A stretch of DNA of 64,000 bases from Octopus sinensis. Its lineage: Eukaryota. Below are positions 55,937 to 64,000 of this stretch, piece by piece. The notes below the pieces were generated by a model. That model saw only the letters and a program-made list of their open reading frames with translations, made no database searches and was not told where the DNA came from. Location of the stretch: NCBI RefSeq assembly GCF_006345805.1, contig NC_042998.1:61318001-61382000 (forward strand). Reading direction: 5' to 3'. The stretch's first letter is position 1, and every line of letters starts with the position of its first letter. The translations under genes were made by a program, and so were the position numbers.

Positions 55937-56662
55937 TCTCTATATATATAAACGGCAAAATGTGTGTGTGTGTGTGTGTATCCTTTATACAAATCCACAA
56001 TTTTTCAGTTAGAGGGCTCGCACTTTCTATGGTCATTCAAAACCATCCAAGGGTGGTTGTGAAGATCTTTTCATTTCCCCAGTTACCCCTGAAAGCCATT
56101 AAAAAAAAAATCGATAAACCGACCCCTTATGTTTCAGGTAACAAAAGTCTTTAATACAAGGGATGTAACTCCAGCAGTTTAATCTAAAGATATTAAACCA
56201 TAGCAAGCGAAATAACTCTTTAAAACTCTGCATTTCTCTCCCTTTGTTACGTATCACACCTCAATAGTGTACCAGACAAATTTATCCAATTTAGGACCGG
56301 AACTTACCCGGATTTCTGGATTTTCCAGTTCCCCAGAGAATTTCTAAACATTTGCTTAAAATCTCTATATCTATAAATGGCAAAATGTCTCTTTTTGATT
56401 GGACGGCGATAATTTTACACCTGACAGTTTGATGTGCATGCACATTTGCAGACAGTCTGTATGACTCTGTGCATTTTTGTGTTTTGCAAAGACACGTTAT
56501 CATGTATTTTGGCTTTCAAACGTGCACGCTTGTTTGATTTGAGAAATGCAGGGAATAATTAATGAGTTAGACCAAGTGAATGACAAGAGAGCGGGATTTT
56601 CATGAAAGACCAAATATGCTTGACTAGCACTAGACCCAACAACGCTGGGTCATAGTGCTAGT
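55937..56662 (+). mobile_element. Non-autonomous Helitron-like element
   Basis: 5' TCtatatatataaacggcaaaatg, repeated internally at ~56362. The 3' hairpin gacccaacaacgctgggtc is followed 6 nt later by CTAGT. Confidence 0.65.
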
Positions 56663-57522
56663 GTGCTATAAAGAGCATCAGCTTTTTGTTTGTATCCCTA
56701 ACCAGCAAAATGTTTGGACTGGAGATGTTTTGTGGACGTTGTGTTTGTGCATCAGTCTACTGTGTTTTTTTTCTTTCAGTTGAGATGTGTATTGTTGTTG
56801 CTGGCGGTGGTGGATTTGTCCATGTGGGTGTGGTTTCCACAATGCTGTCACAATTGTGCGGCTTGTTCGGAGCTGATGCATCTTTTAAAAACTTCTGTGT
56901 CTATTCTTTTTACATGTTAGGTTGCCTCACAAGATGGTATACCATGTTGGGGATATCTGATGCAGGAAGAAGTCGAAGTATGTTTGCATGTGTCTAACCC
57001 CATGTGTTTGAAAAAGCTGGAAAGCGAGGGAGGGTAACAGAGATGTAGTTTGGTTGAATATTTTCCTGTGGTGTGGGGCCTCAACCCAAAAACGTGACTG
57101 GTATGTTACTTTATCAACCCTGGAGGGATGAAAAGAGTCAACTTTGCATTTCATCCTTCCAGGGTTGATAAATTTAAGTTCCGGTCAAGTGGTGAGGTCA
57201 ATGTAATCGGTTAACCTCCCCTCCTTGATAATTTCTGGCCTTGTACCAAAATTTGAAACAATAACAACAATAAATATTTGCTGTCTGATTAGATGGAATG
57301 GTTTAAAGAGATACAACAAACTTCAAAGAATGTTGAACAGGAAGCTAACACAGACATGTAGAAGGGCTAACTTAGAGGTGAGGGTAAGATGTTGAACATG
57401 AAACAAAATGCAATTTGACAAGTTAAAAAACTGATCGTTTATTACATGGTATTTCCAATTATAAAAATGGATGTCATCATTTAGCAATAAATGAAAGAAC
57501 GCAAGGATGATCAATGCAAACA

Positions 57523-57752
57523 TTAACCCATATGATGCCAACCTGGCTGAAACCACCTCTGGTTCTGTAGTACAAATGTCTTGTTTTCAAAAGTTCTGAA
57601 TTAAAATCTTCCACCAAACCTTAGTCACAATTTATGTTCCTAACTCTAGCTTAATGATAACCAAGTTATTTTACTAAATTCCTTGTTAAATTTAGAATTA
57701 ATTGAAAGAAACATGGAGCATCTCAACAGAAATATAGTAACAACAGGATTAA
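57523..57752. mobile_element. Possible TTAA-flanked MITE
   Basis: ttaaccc...ggattaa ends and about 230 bp long; the TIRs are degenerate. Confidence 0.35.
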
Positions 57753-57874
57753 ATGTAACATTTATTGAGACAACTTGAATTCGAATGGATTAAATCTATT
57801 TGAAGTAAAAGACTGTTGAACATAATATTTAATATAAGAAAAATATCTACTTGCTAAAATATGCTTCTACTTAC

Positions 57875-57998
57875 CTTACAAGCAGTTGTTATTTTTAAGG
57901 CATAAGGGTGCATCCCGATGAGGAAGATGATATTAACAACACTTAAAGAAATGCACTGGCATATCAAAATCTTTGAAGACAAACATTTCCGCAGTTCT
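57875..57998 (-). CDS. GPCR exon: ICL1-TM2-ECL1 (ELRKCLSSKILICQCISLSVVNIIFLIGMHPYALKITTACK)
   Basis: ttattcag acceptor and AAG|gtaagt donor, 124 nt, phase 2 to 0. Ends at the conserved TM3-proximal Cys. Confidence 0.9.
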
Positions 57999-58041
57999 CT
58001 GAATAACAGAAAAAGAAATGATAATATACACACACACAAAA

Positions 58042-58173
58042 GTGGCAAGCTGGCAGAAATGTTAGCACACCGGACGAAATGCTTAGCAGTATTTCGTCTG
58101 TTTACATACTGAGTTCAAATTCTGCTGAGGATGACTTTGCCTTTCATCCTTTCGGGGTCAATAAATTAAGTAA
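58042..58173 (+). mobile_element. tRNA-derived SINE 5' part
   Basis: A-box-like agctggcagaaatgttagc, B-box gagttcaaattc, then gactttgcctttcatcctttcggggtc. Related fragments occur at ~54495 and ~57140. Confidence 0.7.
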
Positions 58174-58559
58174 TATAATATTAATAACCTATAAAGGTCT
58201 AAACTTGCTAGCCACTCTATTATTATCATTATTATTATAAGTAATATTAATGATACTTAAATTTATATATTACTAGGTCATGTTATGTTCATTTTTGAAT
58301 GACGTGTAATGTGATGAATATTTCAGAAATAGATGCCATAGTGTTAGGTCCAGCTGATGAGCTTAAGTATGTTTTACATACAGAAAGTGAGATTAATTGA
58401 TCCTGGAATATACATTACTTTTGTATTCAATGCAAGGTAAGCCTATTTCTGTTATGTTTATCACATCCACCATGCATAGTTTTATAGTGAGTAAATTGTG
58501 GTTTCAGAGAGATATCTCTGTTATGCAAGTGGTATTTTAATACCCTTCTGTATTTTGTT

Positions 58560-58614
<55 letters not shown>

Positions 58615-59119
58615 ATTAGGTTATTTGTGTTAGCGGTTGGAATAAACGTCTAAGGGATAAGAATATCCATTTAACTACAGGTATAAATTACCTATGTTAA
58701 CCCTGGGCATACATATGCAAACATATTATGCTTATAGGATACAAGCAATGACAAAAATAAACATGAGTTTATCAGGAATTAAATTTAAATTCAGCAGAAA
58801 ATGGAGAAATATTGATCAACAACAATTGACTAATATCGATTATTACTTTTTAATAGAAGTTTTTGCATTCCAGGGCATTTGTCTGCCTATAGTTGCACTG
58901 TCTCACTTAATTGTGTTGTTTTGGGGGCATATCCCACCTCCAAAAATTGTGAAATTTTTTTTGGAAAAATTTCTGAATTTTTACCAATTTGTGGCGATTG
59001 TTTTGAAGCTATGTTCCTGCTGCTGTGTCCCTGTTCACTTTTGGACAACCTGTTGGCCGGGAGTACAAGTTGGTCGGAATTGTGTGTTGCTGTGTTTTGA
59101 AATGTTTCCTGAACTTTTT

Positions 59120-60010
59120 CTTCAAAGCATGGCGAAGAAAATGAACACTGTGTTGGAGTGGGAAATCATTCCACCCAAGCAATGGTTAAAAGACTTAGAG
59201 GAAAGAATGGTGGTGTTGAGGACCATCACTCGACACCATCGCGGTCTTTCCGAAGAGAGAAATAGAAAAAGAGTTGTCAGAACATCTGCCAACTATTAAG
59301 TTTATTTCCAGGGGTGTTAGATATGCAACGGTGTGGTTGCTATTTGACACCCCTGAGGTGGCTGGCAAATTTGCGAACCAGCCCTTAGAAGGGCAAAAGA
59401 TTCTGTTTCTTCCCACATATTGAGGGAAAAAATTAACAAGAGCTTGGGTCTGTGGGCTGCTACTGGGCATTGACCTGGAATGGATAGAGGACACTATCTG
59501 CTGGAGTCTGGCAGCAGATCTGCTGGCAGCAGGCCAAAGTTTTTAAATGTGAAATTGTTGCCAGCAGCTGACTGGGTGGGGTTAAAACCGCTTTTGACCC
59601 TATGGACCTGATCAGATGCTAAAGATCTGGTATTTCCAGATCTTTTGAAAATGGCCGGTTGCAGGTACCCAGTGATACTTGTGGGACGCCCCACCCCCAA
59701 TGTCACTTGTACCTGGAATTAGGCCATATTAAGAACTGCCCCCAGGACCAAAGTAAGGTCCTGGAGTAGTTAATAAAAGTAGCACTCCCTCCTCCTTTGG
59801 AGGGAGAGGTGGAGGCATTCGAGGAGGTGGAGACCTCCTCGAAATAAGGGAAAAAAAGGAAGAAGGTGGGCAGCAATGGTTGCCCACCGAAGGACCCCAA
59901 GACTACAGGAGGGAGGGAAGATCCTCCAGATAAAGCGGAGGAACTACACCCTCCTGTAGCACAAGGGAGAAACAAAAAAGAAGACGACGAAGAATGGGAC
60001 ATTGTTGGCA
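59120..60010 (+). mobile_element. Decayed gag-like ORF1 of a non-LTR retrotransposon
   Basis: GC-richer block with a broken frame ...YPVILVGRP followed by QCHLYLELGHIKNCP (degenerate zinc knuckle) and a Lys/Glu/Pro-rich tail. Confidence 0.5.
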
Positions 60011-60149
60011 GTTAGTAGTACACTAACTAGAAGTAAGGTATACAGAATATGGTAGATACCTGATGGAAGGTATTTACTTGGTTCCACGTCTCTGAACAGT
60101 TTCCAGGAAGTCAATGTCCTTAGCAAGATAGGGGTTCCAGACTGGTGAT

Positions 60150-60395
60150 GTAAATTTGTATGTTTTGCTTCATGTATGCATTTTCATGCATATAGTTGCA
60201 TCTCTAGACATGCTCGTATATATTTAAATGATAAAGTTTTGTAAAGTTTTACAGATTTTTACAGTTCCACTGATGGATTGGATCCGTTGTCCACATATTA
60301 GTTTTCTTCTTTCTGGTTTTGAGCAGCCTAATTTCTTAAGATTGGTATTTAGGCAGTGTGTTACATATCCCAAGGTCCCAATAATTATAGGTATG
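60150..60395 (-). mobile_element. 3' fragment of an RLE-type LINE, same family as 40318-40570
   Basis: The minus strand translates to IPIIIGTLGYVTHCLNTNLKKLGCSKPERRKLI...GTVKICKT. Confidence 0.78.
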
Positions 60396-60399
60396 TATG

Positions 60400-61522
60400 T
60401 AAGCAGTATAGTGTACCAAATATCTATGTGTATGGTAAACGACTTGATGTAGTTGATCAGTTTGTCTACCTGGGAAGCACTATATATAGATATGGCGATT
60501 TGGATGATGAAATTCCATATAGAATTAGGAAAGCAAGTGCTGCTTTCAGAAGGCTAGAAAAGCGCCTCTGGAGTTGATGAGACATATGCAGAAAGACAAA
60601 GATAAAGGTGTACAAGGCATGTGTGCTCCCTTCTCTTCTCTATGCCTGCGAGACGTGGGTTACATATCGATACCACCTTAAACAACTGAAATTTCCATCA
60701 GATGTGCCTCAGATGGATCTATAGCATTAAGTGGAAGGACCGCATCCGTGATCTTGAAATATTGGAAGGCTCTCGGTGTGAAAGTATAGAAGCTCTTGTG
60801 TTAAAGCAAAGGCTCAGATGGAGTGGTCATCTGGTCAGAATGAAGGATTCAAGGATGCCAAAACAACTCTTTTATGGAGAATTAGCTAAAGGAGAACGAC
60901 CTCCACATAAACCAAAAAAGAGGTATAAGGACTTGCTAAAGGCTTCCTTAAGAGATGCTTACATCTCTCCTGACACATGGGAAGGCATAGCTATTGATCA
61001 TAGCAGGTGGAGAAGGATTGTGCATGAGGGGACAGCCACTTTTGAGAAATCACGAGTTGCACATGAGAAAGTAAGGAGGGATGTCAGGAAGGGCATCGCT
61101 GTTACACTTCCAGAAGGGAAGGGTCTTCCTTTGATGCTGACATGCAATGTCTGTGCAAGACCCTTCCTCAGTGAAGCTGGACTCAAGAGTCATCTTCATA
61201 GTTATAAAACGAGACAGATGAGTGACAACCTGGTCACTGGTGGTGGTGTAACACACCATACTAATCATGTCTGTCGGGCATGTGGAAGAGAGTGTAATTC
61301 GGCGGGAGGACTTAAACGACATGCAAAGGTACATGAAGCCCAGTTACAACTACAGCCAGCTATTACCAGTGAAGGTTTTAGTTGCCAATTTTGTACAAGA
61401 CATTGTAGATCTTTAGCTGGGCTAAAAAGTCACATTCGATCACAGCACCAGTAACAGTTAAGCTTCATGCAATGGCCATACTCGATAACAAGGAGGCAGC
61501 CACAATGTATGTATGTATGTAT
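60400..61522 (+). mobile_element. 3' part of an RTE-clade LINE with C-terminal C2H2 zinc fingers
   Basis: FVYLGS, RI-KAS-AF, LLYACETW, RLRWSGHLVRM and RMPKQLFYGEL are followed by three CxxC-x12-H-x3/4-H units (the first is degenerate). It ends in an (ATGT)n tail. Confidence 0.92.
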
Positions 61523-62172
61523 AGACCATTGCTAACAATATGTCAGGAAGACTTAGATTACTGTTTAGGGTCAGGTGATACTGACTAACTTTAAGCAAAT
61601 GCTGACATTCTACAAATCTCAAGTCAGTTCCAAAATAGAGTACTGCTCACATCTATGCAAGGGTGTTGCCTCTATCTACACACACACACACACACATATA
61701 TTGTAGACCACACTCAAAAGAAGTTGATCTGGAAGAATGGTATCAAGCTTAACTCACCAACACACTATAGCAACTTGCTTACCATTATACTGCATAAAAA
61801 TAGTAAATATCAATACAGTAGTAGTAGTAGTAGAGACAGAGTCATTACTGTCACTACTTTATTGGTCTGTAATTTTCTGAATTAACAAGCTATAGACTAA
61901 ACACACATGATAGACTTCCCTCATCCCTAAACCTATCTCTTTTTTATGTCATCCTTATTGTGAGTCACTCAAAAAATCTACACTACAGTTTTTGTCCAGT
62001 CAATCCTCATCAGAGTGACAACTTTTCGAAATTGTCTGTTCATTCATGGTTTTTCCTGTAGACATCAAACCCACATTGATCTTACCAGCCTGTGAGAACC
62101 CGACAAAGTGATGGATGCTGTCTCTCAGTATTTAAACAGTTTTTAAAAGAAAATAGAAATTGAAATGCTTAC

Positions 62173-62269
62173 TTGATATAACCATAAAAGATTGCTGTAA
62201 GAATGTGTAAGACTAATGATATTCCACAGCTAATGTGAGACAAACAAATAAGTGTTGCTCGGGGGCATC
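62173..62269 (-). CDS. GPCR exon: TM1 (LSHISCGISLVLHILTAIFYGYIK)
   Basis: ctgtttcag acceptor and AA|gtaagc donor, 97 nt, ending in phase 2 to match the next exon. Contains the family-B C-G-I-S-L TM1 motif. Upstream GAIN/GPS exons were not identified in the window. Confidence 0.85.
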
Positions 62270-62473
62270 CTGAAACAGACACAAACGACAACATATTAAC
62301 TCACCCTCCACTTCATTTCATCTGTGTCAATCAATATAAATCATAAGTGGATATAGCATTGATGTAGAAAACGAGGACTACAGTAAACTGCATTAGAAAC
62401 AATGTATTATTGGGCTTTCTTCTATTATGTGTTACACAACTCTAATATGAATTTTCACTGCCTTCATAATGTA

Positions 62474-63335
62474 TATCAGGTTGAATAAAAAGTTGAACCA
62501 TGAAGAATTTGTACCGGATTTTGGCAGAGTTTTGAATTTTTTGAAAAAATTTTCTTGCAATTGTCTGATAATAGAGACATAGACTTGCCCAAATGCATCA
62601 ATAAATTAACATTGATATTTTTTTCAATGTTGTTACAATCATCTGAAATGGAACTGTCAAAGAGTGATATTCGAGCAATTTTGCTATTCAACTTCAAAAA
62701 AGGACGTACAGCAGATGAAAAAATGTTCTTTGCAGTTGCTGGAGCAAAATGAAGCACCAGAAACCTTCTCTAAACCCAAGCTCTTCAAAAAGAAGGTAAT
62801 GGTGATTGTTTGGTGGTGTACTGCTGGACTCATCCACTATAACTTCTTAAAACCCAGCAAAACCATTACTGCAGAAACATATTGCCACGAAATTGCCAAA
62901 ATGAAAAACTGCAATTCCTTCATCACAGATTGGTCAACAGAAACAGGCCAATCATTCTTCATGACAATGCTTGACCTCATGTTTCACTGACAATTCTCCA
63001 GAAGTTGAGGGAACTTGGCTACAAAGTTCTTCCCCACCCAGCTTATTCCCCAGATTTTTCTCCTGCAGACTACCACTTTTTTAAGCACCTTGATGGTTTC
63101 CTGCGAGAGAAGGAGTTCAAAAATCAAACCAATGCCGAAAGTGCATTCAAAGAGTTCATTAGCTCCAGAACTCCAGATTTTTATGTTAGCAGAAGAAACA
63201 AACTTGTAACTCGTTGACAAAAATGTGTTGATTTCAATGGTACTTATTTTGATGAACAAAATTTCCTCATTCTTGAAATATATTGTGATGAGTTTTATGT
63301 TTTAAAACATTGCTTACTTTTTACTCAACCTGATA
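62474..63335 (+). mobile_element. Internally deleted Tc1/mariner (mariner) transposon
   Basis: TIRs tatcaggttgaataaaaagt and actttttactcaacctgata are flanked by TA. Transposase pieces include KKVMVIVWW, HDNA and LPHPAYSPDFSPADYHFF. Confidence 0.93.
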
Positions 63336-64000
63336 TATAAGACATCTAAGTAGAGGCAGAATGTACCACCAATCCATAGATTTTTAGCTTAAATTCAATG
63401 AAGATATAACTTTGTACAGGTATTGGATACATGTCCTTTATTGACATGAAAGTCTCAGGCAGAGAAATCCAATGAATGGAGAGGAATCACGAAGAGGCCA
63501 AGGGTTTAACATCTGATCAACGATCATGTTTAATGTGCTATGGAGGTTTGTTATACCTTAAATATGACTCTGTTAGTTAGACAACACAATAAATTTCAAA
63601 ACCAGGAGAAATGATTCTGCCTCCCTCCAATTCATATCAATGCTGGAGGAATTCCTATGCATTTCATTGAAAACGGTAGTTTGATACCTCTAAAAGGTAC
63701 CATCCTGAATTCAAACTAATAACAGAAATAGCAACAAGAACAGTGCTGTCTTACCATTTATCAACCCTAATAAAATTAAAACTCTTGATATATTATCAAA
63801 AAAAAAAAAAAGCAAAATTCTCTTATCCCCCTATAATCAATTTTTAAATATTGTAATCTCATATATCTAAAAATCACAAATGCAACTCTCATTTCAATCA
63901 AAAATTTAAGGATAACAATACAATAATCCCTATTAATATTTCTATAATACCAACCAACACAAAGTCCAGTAGGTGTGTTAGTATATACAACTCTTTAAAA

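Noticed and set aside
58694-59299. 201-aa ORF as a host gene
   Set aside because: It has no domain, lies antisense within a GPCR intron, and its 3' part runs into the decayed retroelement ORF1.
62300-62325. 17-nt micro-exon just upstream of the TM1 exon
   Set aside because: The implied intron would be only about 35 nt, too short to be credible.

Overview
AT-rich eukaryotic genomic DNA. The microsatellite types, SINEs and RTE/RLE LINEs resemble a cephalopod (Octopus-like) genome, which is an inference. Positions 41-62 kb hold five minus-strand exons that splice in frame into a diverged adhesion/secretin-class (family B) GPCR 7TM domain. Its introns are filled with mobile elements (RTE and RLE LINEs, hAT, Helitron-like, SINEs) and a 4.3-kb (CCAT)n tract, and a mariner lies upstream of the TM1 exon. 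Positions 1-39.7 kb are a tandem array of about 14 copies of a 2,742-bp unit, lying directly downstream of the receptor. The main observation is that the last 7TM exon ends at a strong phase-1 donor. Each array unit carries, on the same strand, a 36-nt phase-1/phase-1 micro-exon (DPHMRDGNEAPV) and a 42-nt exon that ends in a PDZ-ligand-like ESPL-stop. The two receptor-proximal units have different exon sequences at the same position. The array may therefore be a copy-number-variable, alternatively spliced C-terminal tail cassette rather than inert satellite. This is unverified without transcripts. Most ORFs in the supplied track are spurious products of repeats.
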